Both the position numbers and the translations under genes were made by a program. A stretch of 64,000 bases of DNA. It comes from Syntrophales bacterium. GTDB taxonomy: Bacteria; Desulfobacterota; Syntrophia; Syntrophales; UBA6807. This document shows positions 28,119-38,500 of this stretch, in pieces (position 1 is the stretch's first letter; each line of letters starts with the position of its first letter). Under the pieces are notes generated by a model. The model worked only from the letters and a program-made list of their open reading frames with translations. It had not been told where the DNA came from and did not search any database. The stretch spans positions 832,001 through 896,000 of the forward strand of contig JAXGPA010000001.1 of the NCBI GenBank assembly GCA_040767195.1, written 5' to 3'.

Positions 28119-29498
28119 ATGCCAGCGGAACTCGAAAAATACGCCTTCAAGCTCGTCAAGAAAATCCGTATCCGGATCCTCGACATTCCCGGCGCTTTCG
28201 GCCAGCTGGCCACAGAACTCGGCAAATACGGGGCCATGCTCGGGGACATCACCAAGGTTCACCTCACGTCCCAGCACATCACCCGGGACATGGTCATGTT
28301 CTTCGATTCCCGGGATCAGTTGGAAAATACCCTCCAGGATATCGAGAAGCTGAAAGGATACCGGATCCTCTCCGTGGAGGATGTGGTCCTGAACCTGCAC
28401 CGGGGCGGCAAGGTCGCCGTGACGCCCACGGTTAAAATGGAAACCCTGAGCGACCTGCGCCTCCTTTACACGCCCGGCGTCGCCCAGGCCTGCCGCCACC
28501 TGGCGGAACACCCCGAAGAAACCCGGGATTTCACATCCATCGGGAACACCGTCTGCATCGCCACGAATGGAACGGCCGTCCTCGGTCTCGGCGATATCGG
28601 GGTTCTGGCGGGCATGCCTGTCATGGAGGGAAAAGCGGTCATACTGCACAGGATGGCCGGGGTCAGCTGTGTCCCCCTTCTTCTGGACACGAGAGATGTG
28701 AGCCGAATCGTGAACACCCTGGAGACCCTGTCGAAGACCTTCAGCCTCGTCATGATCGAGGACATCAAGGCCCCGGAATGCTTTGAAATAGAGGAAAAGC
28801 TCCAGGAGCGCCTTTCCATCCCCGTCTTTCACGACGACCAGCACGGGACCGCCACGGTCATCCTGGCCACGCTCATCAAGACACTGCGCCTCCTGCGAAA
28901 AGACCGGGAGAAAACGAAAATCGTCATCAACGGGGCCGGGGCGGCGGGAATCGCCACCTGCCGGCTTCTCCTGGAGTACGGGTTCCGCAACGTCGTGGTC
29001 TGCGACCGGGAAGGCGCCCTTTGCCGAACCCGGAAAGAGAACATGAACCGCCACAAGAAGCGGATCGCCAGGGTAACGAACCCAGGCGGAGAAAAAGGCC
29101 TCCTGAAGGAAATCATCCGGGGAAAAGACGTGTTCATCGGCGTCTCGTCGGCCCGGGTCGTCACCGCGGACATGGTCCGGACCATGAACCGGAAGCCTGT
29201 GGTCCTCGCCCTGGCCAATCCCGTCCCGGAAATCCTTCCCAAGGAGGCTGTCGATGCCGGGGCGGCCTTCGCTCTCGACGGGCGGACGGTAAACAACTGC
29301 CTCGCCTTCCCCGGTCTTATCCGGGGCGCCCTGGACGCTCGGGCGGCGCGGATAACGACAGCGATGAAAATCCGTGCCGCCGAGACCATCGCCGCCCTGG
29401 CGGGGAAACATGAGGGCGTTCCCAATTTCATGAACCTCTCCATTCATCGGAAAATAGCGAACGCCGTGAGGCTTGCCGCCCTGGAGACACGGGTATAA
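28119..29498 (+). CDS. NAD(P)-dependent malic enzyme with N-terminal ACT domain
   Basis: YTPGVA, TNGTAVLGLGDIG, MPVMEGK, EDIKAPECF, HDDQHGTA, NGAGAAG, ALANP. Confidence 0.9.
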   Translation: MPAELEKYAFKLVKKIRIRILDIPGAFGQLATELGKYGAMLGDITKVHLTSQHITRDMVMFFDSRDQLENTLQDIEKLKGYRILSVEDVVLNLHRGGKVAVTPTVKMETLSDLRLLYTPGVAQACRHLAEHPEETRDFTSIGNTVCIATNGTAVLGLGDIGVLAGMPVMEGKAVILHRMAGVSCVPLLLDTRDVSRIVNTLETLSKTFSLVMIEDIKAPECFEIEEKLQERLSIPVFHDDQHGTATVILATLIKTLRLLRKDREKTKIVINGAGAAGIATCRLLLEYGFRNVVVCDREGALCRTRKENMNRHKKRIARVTNPGGEKGLLKEIIRGKDVFIGVSSARVVTADMVRTMNRKPVVLALANPVPEILPKEAVDAGAAFALDGRTVNNCLAFPGLIRGALDARAARITTAMKIRAAETIAALAGKHEGVPNFMNLSIHRKIANAVRLAALETRV

Positions 29499-29515
29499 CG
29501 AAAGGAAAAAGAAAC

Positions 29516-30592
29516 ATGGGCAAGGACAAAACCTATCGAATCGCGGCCATTCCCGGCGACGGAATCGGGAAAGAGGTCGTCGTCGAGGGCATGCGGGTTA
29601 TCGAAGCGGCGGCCCGGCGGTTCCGGTTTCGTGCGGACTGGACGGAATTCCCCTGGGGCTGCGATTATTTCATCCAATCCGGGGAAATGATGCCCAGGGA
29701 CGGCCTGGACCGGCTGAGACCCTTCGACGCCCTCTTTCTCGGCGCCGTGGGAACGCCCGGCGTGCCGGACCACGTATCCCTGTGGGGCCTCCTCATTCCC
29801 ATACGCCGTTCCTTTCGGCAGTATGTCAACCTCCGGCCCGTCCGCCTTCTCAAGGGAATCCAAAGCCCCCTCCGGGGCAAGAAGCCCGGAAGCATCGATT
29901 TTTACGTCGTCCGGGAAAATAACGAGGGGGAATACTCCAACGTGGGAGGCCGCATCTACACCGGAACGGAAGACGAAACGGCCGTCCAGGAAGCCGTTTT
30001 CACAAGACGGGGCGTTACGAAAGTCATGGATTTCGCTTTCCGGCTCGCCCGGCAAAGGCCCCGGAAGCGCCTCACCTCGGCAACCAAGTCGAACGGCATC
30101 GTCTTCACCATGCCCTTCTGGGACCAGGTGTTTCAGGAACTGGCCCCCCGGTACGGCGACGTGGAAACGGACCAGTACCACATCGACGCCCTGTGCGCCA
30201 AGGTCGTCCTGAACCCGGAGCATTTCGACGTCATCGTGGCGAGCAACCTCTTCGGCGACATCCTGTCCGATCTCGGTCCCGCCATCGCAGGCAGCATCGG
30301 TATCGCCCCATCGGGGAACCTGAACCCGGAAGGGGAGTTTCCCTCCATGTTCGAGCCTGTCCACGGTTCGGCCCCGGACATCGCGGGAAAAGGAATCGCC
30401 AACCCCATCGGCCAGATCTGGTCGGGCGCCATGATGCTGGACCACCTGGGGGAAGTGGAGGCGGCCCGGGCCATTGAAAAGGCCATCGAAACCGCCCTGG
30501 ACGAGAAGAAACTCCGGACACCCGACCTGGGAGGTAAAGGGAAAACAGAAGAATTCGGCCGGGCCGTCGCCGAAATCGTCGCTTCTTCATAA
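29516..30592 (+). CDS. Tartrate dehydrogenase/decarboxylase / D-malate dehydrogenase (TtuC/DmlA family)
   Basis: PGDGIGKEV, PDHVSLWGLLIPIRR, ENNEGEYS, ATKSNG, NLFGDILSD, EPVHGSAPDI. Confidence 0.92.
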   Translation: MGKDKTYRIAAIPGDGIGKEVVVEGMRVIEAAARRFRFRADWTEFPWGCDYFIQSGEMMPRDGLDRLRPFDALFLGAVGTPGVPDHVSLWGLLIPIRRSFRQYVNLRPVRLLKGIQSPLRGKKPGSIDFYVVRENNEGEYSNVGGRIYTGTEDETAVQEAVFTRRGVTKVMDFAFRLARQRPRKRLTSATKSNGIVFTMPFWDQVFQELAPRYGDVETDQYHIDALCAKVVLNPEHFDVIVASNLFGDILSDLGPAIAGSIGIAPSGNLNPEGEFPSMFEPVHGSAPDIAGKGIANPIGQIWSGAMMLDHLGEVEAARAIEKAIETALDEKKLRTPDLGGKGKTEEFGRAVAEIVASS

Positions 30593-30684
30593 ACGGGAGC
30601 GGCTGTCCACAGGCAGCGCCGGAGAAAGAAAAACCCTGAAAAAATAGGCATCGAAAAACCACAGGGAATGACGGAAAAAGGACC

Positions 30685-31818
30685 ATGAAGATATCCCGCG
30701 TCGAAGCCATCCCCATCCGCCAGGAACTGAAGGAGCCTTTCGGAAACGCCCAGGGCTGGACCACGGCACGCCAGTACCTCATCGTCCGGGTCACCGCCGA
30801 CGACGGCACCACGGGGTACGGAGAGTGCTGGGGCCCCATTGCCGGAAACCGGGAGATCGTCCGGGACGTCATCGCCCCCCTCATCCTGGGGGCAAGCCCC
30901 CTGGACACGGCGGTCCTCTGGGAGAAGATCCATTTCCGCCTCCGGTGGGCCTATCACTCCTTTGCCCCCTATTCCGCCCTGAGCGGTGTGGACATCGCCC
31001 TTTGGGACCTCAAGGGAAAGATCCTGGGGCTGCCCCTTTACACCCTCCTGGGAGGCCGCTTCCGGGACCGGGTCCCGGCCTATGCCACGGGCCACTACTT
31101 CCGAAAGGTGGACACGGTGGACCGACAGATCGGCATCATCCGGGAAGAAGCGGCAGGCAACCTCGACAAGGGGTTCCGGATGCTGAAACTGAAAATCGGC
31201 ACGGCTCTCCTTGGCTGGGGTCACCGGGAGGACATACGGCTCATGGAAGCGTTCCGGGACGTGGTGGGTGACCGGGATTTCATGGTGGACGCCAACTGCG
31301 CCTACGGCATCCCCGAGGCCCTGGAAGTGGGCCGGGCGTGCGGGGATCTGGGCGTCTACTGGTTCGAGGAGCCCGTTCCACCCCATGATTACGAGGGATA
31401 CGCCTTCCTGTCGGACAAGCTCGACGTACCGGTGGCCGGCGGGGAAGGATGGGCCCTGCTCAGTGAATTCCACGAGATCTTCCGGCGCCGGGCGGTGTCC
31501 TATGCCCAGCCCGATGTGTGCTCCGCCGGGGGCGTTACGGAGGTGGCAAAGATCGCCGGCCTGGCGCGGTCGATGAACATCGACTGCATTCCCCACGCCT
31601 GGGGGACCCCTATCGCCATCGCCGTTTCCCTTCACGTTCTCGCCAGCCAGCCCGGGAAGGCCCTCCTCGAATTCGACCAGTCGGACAATCCCATCCGGGA
31701 CCGGCTCATCGAAACCCCCTTCCGGCTGGAAGGGCCCGACGTACCGGTCCCGGACGGCCCGGGACTGGGTATCGTCGTGGACGAAAAAGCACTGGAATCC
31801 TTCCGGTTAGAAGGCTGA
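30685..31818 (+). CDS. Enolase-superfamily enzyme, mandelate racemase subgroup (galactarolactone cycloisomerase-like)
   Basis: KLKIG, VDAN, FEEP, AGGE, QPD, PHAWG, EFD; close in layout to Gci-type enzymes from memory. Confidence 0.85.
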   Translation: MKISRVEAIPIRQELKEPFGNAQGWTTARQYLIVRVTADDGTTGYGECWGPIAGNREIVRDVIAPLILGASPLDTAVLWEKIHFRLRWAYHSFAPYSALSGVDIALWDLKGKILGLPLYTLLGGRFRDRVPAYATGHYFRKVDTVDRQIGIIREEAAGNLDKGFRMLKLKIGTALLGWGHREDIRLMEAFRDVVGDRDFMVDANCAYGIPEALEVGRACGDLGVYWFEEPVPPHDYEGYAFLSDKLDVPVAGGEGWALLSEFHEIFRRRAVSYAQPDVCSAGGVTEVAKIAGLARSMNIDCIPHAWGTPIAIAVSLHVLASQPGKALLEFDQSDNPIRDRLIETPFRLEGPDVPVPDGPGLGIVVDEKALESFRLEG

Positions 31819-31929
31819 TCCGGAAAGGACGGATATGAACGGCGTCCTTGCGGGGAGGAAGCGTTTCCTCCCCCAGAAAACCTCACGGGGGCGCTCCTTG
31901 AAAATTTTTCAAGAAAAGGAGAAAACGTC

Positions 31930-32889
31930 GTGAAAAAAGGAAAATGGATTGTCCTGTTGATGGTTCTGGCCCTCTTGTTTTCATTTCAGACCGCCGCCTG
32001 GGCGAAGTTTCCTAAAAAGCCCCTGACCTACGTCATCTGCTTCAACCCCGGCGGGGAATCGGACATCACCGCCCGGATCCAGCAAAAGCCCCTTGAAAAG
32101 GTTCTCGGTGTTCCCGTGGTCGTCGTATACAAGGCCGGCGGCGGCGGCGCCGTGGGCTGGTCGGAGATGATGCGGACGGCGCCCGACGGCTACACCGTTT
32201 ACGGCACCAATCTCCCCCACACCATCGTGCAGCCCATGACCCGGGGAAACACCGGCTATGAAACGGAAAAAATCGAAAACGTGTACTTTTTCGAGTTCAC
32301 CCCCAACATCCTGGCGGTGAAAGCGGACAGCCCCATCAAAACGGTTCAGGATTTCGTCGAATTCGCCAAAAAAACCCCGGGGACCACGGTGGGGGGAAGC
32401 GGCGAGCCGTCGGCGAACAGCCTGGGCACGGCCGCCTTCGCCAAGCTGACGGACACGAAGCTGACCTATATTTCCTTCACCGGTACCGGGGCCGCCGTTC
32501 CCGCCCTCCTGGGAGGCCACGTGGTGGCCCTCATGACCTACACCTCCATGGCCGCCGAGTATCCCGACAAGATCCGGGCCCTGGCCGTGGCGGCGGACAA
32601 GCGGGCCAACGCGCTGCCTGATGTGCCGACGTTCAAGGAACTGGGGTATGATTACGTGGAAGGCGCCTACCGGGGCGTGGCCGTTCCCCCGGGAACACCG
32701 GACGATATCAAGAAAGTCCTGCAGGATGCCTTCGCGCAGGTGAACCAGGATTCCGGGGTGATCAAGAAGATGGAGGACCTGGGCTTCATCATGGAAGACT
32801 ACGGCGAGGAAGCCTCCCGGGCCCTGGTGAAGAAACTGTCGGTATATTATGAAAATCTGTTGAAGGACCTGGGCCTTCTGAAAAAATAG
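31930..32889 (+). CDS. tctC: Tripartite tricarboxylate transporter substrate-binding protein
   Basis: Signal peptide, FNPGGESD, GGGGAVG, PDGYT, LLGGHV, PDVPTFKELG. Confidence 0.9.
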   Translation: MKKGKWIVLLMVLALLFSFQTAAWAKFPKKPLTYVICFNPGGESDITARIQQKPLEKVLGVPVVVVYKAGGGGAVGWSEMMRTAPDGYTVYGTNLPHTIVQPMTRGNTGYETEKIENVYFFEFTPNILAVKADSPIKTVQDFVEFAKKTPGTTVGGSGEPSANSLGTAAFAKLTDTKLTYISFTGTGAAVPALLGGHVVALMTYTSMAAEYPDKIRALAVAADKRANALPDVPTFKELGYDYVEGAYRGVAVPPGTPDDIKKVLQDAFAQVNQDSGVIKKMEDLGFIMEDYGEEASRALVKKLSVYYENLLKDLGLLKK

Positions 32890-32958
32890 AAGGCCCTGTG
32901 ACAGGGAGAGACTGAGAAGACACCGGCCTGCAAGGCCGGCGGAGAAGGAGTCGAAACC

Positions 32959-34473
32959 GTGATAGAGGCCGTCGCCAACGCCTTCGGGCATATTCTCACC
33001 CTCAAGGTTCTTCTCATGATCCTCGCCGGGCTTTTCGGGGGGCTCATCTCGGGGGCGCTGCCGGGGCTGACCGCCACCATGGCGGTGGCCCTGCTCGTGC
33101 CCTTCACCTTCTCCATGGACCCCACGGAAGGTCTCATCGTTCTCGGGGCCATCTACATGGCCTGCATATACGGCGGGGCCTTCTCGGCCATCCTGGTGAA
33201 CACGCCGGGCACCCCTTCCTCCATCGGGACCACCTTCGACGGCTATCCCATGGCCAAAAAGGGGGAAGGGGAGAAGGCCATCCTCGTGGCCACTTTCGCC
33301 TCCGTCTACGGCGGCATCGTGGGGGTCATCTTTCTCCTCTTCCTGTCGCCGCCCCTGGCGAACGTGGCCCTTCGTTTCGGCCCGCCGGAGTACTTCTGGA
33401 TGGCCGTTTTCGGCGTCACCATCATCTCTTCCCTCGCCTCCAAAAACGTCCTCAAGGGCTTTCTCGGGGGGGCCATCGGCCTTCTCATCAGCACCATCGG
33501 CATCGCCCCCATCGGCGGGGATGTCCGGTTCACCGCCGGCTATCCCCCCCTCCAGGGGGGCATAGAACTCATCGTGGCCCTCATCGGCTTCTTCTGCATC
33601 CCCGAAGTCCTGACCATGGTCACGGAGCGGCAGAAAACCTTCCACATCGCCGAGACGGAACACCGCAAGGGTCTTCTCCTCAAAACGTTCGTGGACGTCA
33701 TGAGAAGGCAGGGGAACCTCCTGCGGTCCTCCATCATCGGGACGGTCGTCGGGATTCTCCCCGGCGCGGGGGGGAGCGTGGCGAACCTGGTGGCTTATAA
33801 CGAGGCCATCCGGGTTTCCAAGACGCCGGAAAAATTCGGGACAGGAGAAGTGGACGGCATCATCGCCACCGAGTCCTCCAACAACGCCGTCGTCGGGGGA
33901 GGGATCATTCCCCTCGTCACCCTGGGCATCCCAGGAGCCCCGCCGGACGCCATTCTCTACGGGGTGCTCCTCATCCATGGTCTCCGGCCGGGGCCGGAAC
34001 TCTTCTCCATGCACTCGGAAATCATCTTCACCTTCATCATGTCCCTCTTCGTCGCCACGATTCTCATGCTTCCCGTGGGGGTCATCTCGGGACGGCTCCT
34101 CCACAAGACGGTCGTTCGGATCCCCATCCGGTTTCTCGCGCCGGTCATCTTCTTCCTCACCATCATCGGCTCCTACGCCATCCGGAACAACATCACCGAT
34201 GTTTACATCATGCTCACCCTGGGGGTCATCGGCTACGCCCTCAAGCGCCTCGAATTCCATCCCGGCCCCATCACGCTGGGTCTCATTCTCGGGCCCATCG
34301 GGGAAATGGGCTTCGTCCAGGCCCTTCTCATGGGGCAGATGCTTCCCAACAAGTGGATGATCTTCTTCAACCGGCCCCTGTCGTGGGTCCTGATCATCCT
34401 TTCCCTTTTTTCCCTCTTCTGGCCCCTTTTCATCAAGAAAATCGCCAAAGGCTGGAAAATAAAGGAGATGTAA
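32959..34473 (+). CDS. tctA: Tripartite tricarboxylate transporter large membrane subunit
   Basis: GALPGLTATMA, NTPGTP, DGYPMA, FGPPEYF, GILPGAG, ESSNNA, TLGIPG. Confidence 0.93.
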   Translation: MIEAVANAFGHILTLKVLLMILAGLFGGLISGALPGLTATMAVALLVPFTFSMDPTEGLIVLGAIYMACIYGGAFSAILVNTPGTPSSIGTTFDGYPMAKKGEGEKAILVATFASVYGGIVGVIFLLFLSPPLANVALRFGPPEYFWMAVFGVTIISSLASKNVLKGFLGGAIGLLISTIGIAPIGGDVRFTAGYPPLQGGIELIVALIGFFCIPEVLTMVTERQKTFHIAETEHRKGLLLKTFVDVMRRQGNLLRSSIIGTVVGILPGAGGSVANLVAYNEAIRVSKTPEKFGTGEVDGIIATESSNNAVVGGGIIPLVTLGIPGAPPDAILYGVLLIHGLRPGPELFSMHSEIIFTFIMSLFVATILMLPVGVISGRLLHKTVVRIPIRFLAPVIFFLTIIGSYAIRNNITDVYIMLTLGVIGYALKRLEFHPGPITLGLILGPIGEMGFVQALLMGQMLPNKWMIFFNRPLSWVLIILSLFSLFWPLFIKKIAKGWKIKEM

Positions 34474-34476
34474 GCC

Positions 34477-34917
34477 ATGCAAGGAGACCGAGCCGCCGCC
34501 ATCGTCTTTATTCTCGTATCCGTCGTCTTCTGGACCCAGACGTCGGGTCTCCAGTACAACGGGGCCATCTTCCCACGGGCCATCATCGTCTTCATCATCC
34601 TGCTTTCCGTCGGCCTGTTCGTTCAGAAAACCGTCGGAAAAGGGGAAGAACAAAAGACCTTTCTCCCGCCGAACCTGGGCTATGTTCTTTTTTCCATCGT
34701 CATCGTCGCCCTGTGGATTTACTGTCTCGACATCCTGGGGTTCATCGTTTCGAGCATCCTCTTTCTTTCCATCCTGACGGTGGTCATCGATGTCAGGAAA
34801 ACGAGCCCTCTTGGGATCATCCAGGTCGTCGCCATCCATGCGGCCCTGGTGGGCGCCTTCTGGGTCACCTTTCACCTGTTTCTCCTTGTCCCCCTCCCGG
34901 AAGGCTATCTTATCTGA
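34477..34917 (+). CDS. tctB: Tripartite tricarboxylate transporter small membrane subunit
   Basis: Four to five TM segments, FP motif, C-terminal VPLP.G; follows tctA. Confidence 0.85.
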   Translation: MQGDRAAAIVFILVSVVFWTQTSGLQYNGAIFPRAIIVFIILLSVGLFVQKTVGKGEEQKTFLPPNLGYVLFSIVIVALWIYCLDILGFIVSSILFLSILTVVIDVRKTSPLGIIQVVAIHAALVGAFWVTFHLFLLVPLPEGYLI

Positions 34918-34938
34918 ACACGATGCAGGAGACGGATC

Positions 34939-35691
34939 ATGAAGCAGTTTTTCAGTTTTTTCATTTTTCTTCTTTTTCTTTTCGTTTTGTGGAAAGTCCT
35001 CTCCCTTGCCTTCAGAATCCATGAAGGCATGGAGCTTGCGGGGCGAAGCGAGCCCTTTGCCCAGGCTCCCAGCCGGGCTGTTCTCACCATGGCCGTCGTC
35101 GGCGACAGTACCGCCGTGGGAACGGGGGTGACCAACCCCGCTTTTTCCGTCGCCGGCCGCATCGCCCGGGACTATCCCGCCGTGACGATTCGGAACCTCG
35201 GAAATGACGGGGAAAGATTTGAAGAGGTGGTCACACAGCTGGAAAAACTTCCCGACGGAAAATTCGACATTCTCCTCATCCAGGCGGGGGGCAACGACAT
35301 TCTCCGGTTCACACCCCTGGAAAGACTGGAACGGAAAGTCAGCGAGGTCCTCCATACAGCCCGGAAAAAAGGCCGCCATGTCTTTTTCATGAGCACCGGA
35401 AACGTGGGCCTCGCCCCCGCCTTCTTTGCCCCTATAAGCTGGATTTACGAGGAAAGAACCCGGAAGGCACGACGTATTTTCATAAGCGAGTCCAGCAGTC
35501 AGGGCGTGGAATACGTTGACCTCTTCCGGGAGCGCTCGGAGGACCCCTTCACGAAAGACCCCGAAAAATATTACGCTCCCGACATGCTGCACCCGTCAGA
35601 CGAGGGATACGGCCTGTGGTATGAAGAACTCATGAGGCAGACGCCCCTTTCTTCCCTTCTCTGGAAAGCGGAGCGGTCCCTGAATCCCTGA
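34939..35691 (+). CDS. SGNH/GDSL hydrolase, membrane-anchored
   Basis: VGDSTAVG, GGND and DMLHPS; hydrophobic N-terminus. Confidence 0.88.
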   Translation: MKQFFSFFIFLLFLFVLWKVLSLAFRIHEGMELAGRSEPFAQAPSRAVLTMAVVGDSTAVGTGVTNPAFSVAGRIARDYPAVTIRNLGNDGERFEEVVTQLEKLPDGKFDILLIQAGGNDILRFTPLERLERKVSEVLHTARKKGRHVFFMSTGNVGLAPAFFAPISWIYEERTRKARRIFISESSSQGVEYVDLFRERSEDPFTKDPEKYYAPDMLHPSDEGYGLWYEELMRQTPLSSLLWKAERSLNP

Positions 35692-35766
35692 AAATCAGGC
35701 CGGCAAACCCGGGGCTTCCCTCGGCACCCATGGCGCCGGCGCCCATGAAACAGGAAAGGACAACCC

Positions 35767-36549
35767 ATGGAAAAACTGAAAGATAAAACGGCCATCGTCA
35801 CCGGCGGCGGAACGGGCATCGGTTACGCCATAGCCAGGCGCTTTCATGAAGAGGGGGCCCACGTGGTCATCTGCGGGAGGCGCCTCGAAAAACTCAAGAA
35901 GGCCTCTTCGGCCATCACGCCGGCGGGGGAACGGGTTCTTGCCGTCAAGGCCGATGTCACCTCGGAAAAAGACATCGGGAAAGTCGTCCGCGCGGCGGCG
36001 GCCGAAACGGGGGGGATCGACGTCCTCGTGAACAACGCGGGGCTGATGCGCTTCGGGAAACTGGAGGAGGCGGGACCCGACTCGTGGGATCTCATGATGA
36101 CCACAAACGCGTGGGCTCCCTGGCGTTTCATGGTGGCCGTTCTGCCCGAGATGCGCAAGAGAGGCGGCGGAGCCATCGTGAATATCTCTTCCATCGCCGG
36201 GATCCGGACCCTCCCCGGCGCCGGCGTTTACTGCGCCTCCAAGGCGGCCCTCCAGGCGGTAACCCAGGTTCTGGCCATGGAAACGGCCCCCGATGGAATC
36301 CGGGTCAACGCCCTTTGCCCCGCCGTCGTGGAAGACACCGAGCTGGCCGACCCCATCTTCGGGCCGGAAAAGGTCTCGAATTTCTACGACACCATGCGCC
36401 CCCTTCATCCCCTGGGAAGAAACGGGAAACCATCGGACATCGCCGAAGCCGCCCTTTTCCTCGCTTCACAGGACAGCGCGTGGATTACGGGCGTTCTGCT
36501 TTCCGTGGACGGGGGACGGCACATGGCGACGAACCGGCCGATCATCTGA
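35767..36549 (+). CDS. Short-chain dehydrogenase/reductase
   Basis: TGGGTGIG, NNAG, YCASK, RVNALCP, VDGG. Confidence 0.92.
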   Translation: MEKLKDKTAIVTGGGTGIGYAIARRFHEEGAHVVICGRRLEKLKKASSAITPAGERVLAVKADVTSEKDIGKVVRAAAAETGGIDVLVNNAGLMRFGKLEEAGPDSWDLMMTTNAWAPWRFMVAVLPEMRKRGGGAIVNISSIAGIRTLPGAGVYCASKAALQAVTQVLAMETAPDGIRVNALCPAVVEDTELADPIFGPEKVSNFYDTMRPLHPLGRNGKPSDIAEAALFLASQDSAWITGVLLSVDGGRHMATNRPII

Positions 36550-36573
36550 CGGGCCGCGGGGGCGAGGGTGAAC

Positions 36574-37398
36574 TCACCTTTCGCCGGGGTCATGACGGAT
36601 GAGAACGTCTCTCCCGGAGAGGGGACAGGTAAAACGAAGGGAAAAGGCCCTGACCTCGAGACCCTCCCGGTTCTTGTTTCCCCGGCCGTACCGGGGATCG
36701 CCCAGGACGGGGCATCCGACGGCCTCGAAATGGCGCCTGATCTGGTGAAGGCGGCCGGTCCACAGGGTGACCTCGAGTTCTGAAACGTTTCTGGCGCCGT
36801 CATAGGCAATGACCTGGAAATCCGTCCGGGCCTCCTTTCCGTCCAGCGGCCGTTCGATGGTCCTCTTTTCTCCCACGGCAGCCGGGCTTCCCAGGACTTT
36901 CACGCGGTAACGCTTCTCCAACGCTTTTTCCCGGAAAAGGCCTGAAAGGGCGGCGGCGGCCTTCCTTGTGTGTCCCAAAAGAACAAGCCCCGAGGCTTCC
37001 CGGTCCAGGCGATGGACCAGGTAGATCGGGCGCCTTCCCCGGAAGTGACGTTCCGCCTGCCGTTCCAGGGAGCAGTGATCACCCCAGGGGGATCCCTGGG
37101 TCATGAGGCCCGAGGGCTTGAACCACACGGTATATTCCCGCCGGTCCTCCACGAGGTCAGCCGCCGGGGGAATGCGGGCGAGGATGTCCCGGTCGTAATA
37201 AAAGGCGACTTCGTCGCCCGGTCCGATGGCCGTGTCCATCTTTCGCAGGCGGATCCATTTTTGTCCCCTTCGTTTCAGCCGGAACGCCCCTTTTAAAAGG
37301 GCATCCTGAATCACCGAAAGAGGAAGGCCGCTTTTCCGGGCGAGAAAGTCCCCGGCCGGTGCTCCCTCCCCGGGCTTCACGATTTCCCGAAGGACCAT
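36574..37398 (-). CDS. RluA-family RNA pseudouridine synthase
   Basis: KPSGL, VHRLDREASG, TGRLHQIRRH, GDPRYG; start 37398 or 37425. Confidence 0.88.
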   Translation of the reverse strand: MVLREIVKPGEGAPAGDFLARKSGLPLSVIQDALLKGAFRLKRRGQKWIRLRKMDTAIGPGDEVAFYYDRDILARIPPAADLVEDRREYTVWFKPSGLMTQGSPWGDHCSLERQAERHFRGRRPIYLVHRLDREASGLVLLGHTRKAAAALSGLFREKALEKRYRVKVLGSPAAVGEKRTIERPLDGKEARTDFQVIAYDGARNVSELEVTLWTGRLHQIRRHFEAVGCPVLGDPRYGRGNKNREGLEVRAFSLRFTCPLSGRDVLIRHDPGER

Positions 37399-37415
37399 TT
37401 CCTTTTCCCTCGCCG

Positions 37416-38483
37416 TTAGAGCCATTTTTTTCTCCGGAAATAGACGACCATCGTCCCGACGACGACGAGAATGACGAGCCAGACGGCGCCGTATCCCCAC
37501 TTCCAGTCCAGCTCGGGCATGTATTTGAAATTCATGCCGTAAATGCCCGCGATAAAGGTGACGGGGATGAAAAGCGTGGCGATGATGGTCAGGACCTTCA
37601 TGACCTCGTTCATCCGGTTGCTCAAGCTGGAGAGATAGAGGTCCATGAGGCCCGAAACCAGATCGTGAAAAGTCTCGACGGAATCGATAACCTGGATGGT
37701 GTGATCGTAAAGATCCCGGAGATAGGCCTGGGTGGATTCCCTGATGAGGTCCAGTTCCTCGCGAATCAGGACGTTGACGATCTCCCGCATGGGACGGACG
37801 GATTTTCTGAGGAACACCATGTCCTTCTTGAGGTCGTGGATGGCATTCATCATTTCCCTCGTCGGATTGCCGGCCAGATCCTCCTCCAGTTCCTCGATCC
37901 GGTCCCCCAGATATTCCAGGACCGGGAAATAATGATCCACGATGGTATCCAGGATGGTGTAGGCCAGGAAGTCGGCTCCCATCTTCCGCAGGCGCCCCCG
38001 CCCGGTCCGGATCCGGTTGCGGAGAGGCTCGAAAATGTCCCCGACTTTTTCCTGGAAGGAGATCACCCACGTCGGACCGAGGAGGAGGCTCAACTGTTCC
38101 GCTTCGATTTCCCCTGTTTCCCTGTTTCGGAAGAGCATCTTCCCGATGATCAGCACGTGTTCCTCGAAATTCTCGACCTTGGGATACTGGTTCGTGTTCA
38201 TGACGTCTTCCAGGACGAGGGGATGGATGTGAAAATGCCGTCCGATTTTTTCCATAACCTCCGGCGAGTGAACCCCGTCCACGTTGATCCAGGAAACCGA
38301 TGGCGTGTCCCGGAAGGGGAAACACGCTTCCACGGCATGGACCGTCTCTTCCCGGTAACCATCCCCGTCGTAGTCGAGGACGGTGATCCTGACCGCCTCC
38401 GTCCTCGACTCCCCCACGTGAACGAGAGATCCCGGCGGGAGCCCCACTTTCCTTGAAATGGCACCGCTGAACAATTTTTTCAT
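37416..38483 (-). CDS. corA: Magnesium/cobalt transporter CorA
   Basis: KVGLPPGSL, HPLVLED, MNEVMKVLT, YGMNFKYMPEL. Confidence 0.95.
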   Translation of the reverse strand: MKKLFSGAISRKVGLPPGSLVHVGESRTEAVRITVLDYDGDGYREETVHAVEACFPFRDTPSVSWINVDGVHSPEVMEKIGRHFHIHPLVLEDVMNTNQYPKVENFEEHVLIIGKMLFRNRETGEIEAEQLSLLLGPTWVISFQEKVGDIFEPLRNRIRTGRGRLRKMGADFLAYTILDTIVDHYFPVLEYLGDRIEELEEDLAGNPTREMMNAIHDLKKDMVFLRKSVRPMREIVNVLIREELDLIRESTQAYLRDLYDHTIQVIDSVETFHDLVSGLMDLYLSSLSNRMNEVMKVLTIIATLFIPVTFIAGIYGMNFKYMPELDWKWGYGAVWLVILVVVGTMVVYFRRKKWL

Positions 38484-38500
38484 GACCCGTTCTCCCGGCC

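Noticed and set aside
31981..35592. 1203-aa minus-strand ORF
   Set aside because: Antisense shadow of tctCAB and the SGNH gene; no recognisable motifs, expected from high-GC codon bias
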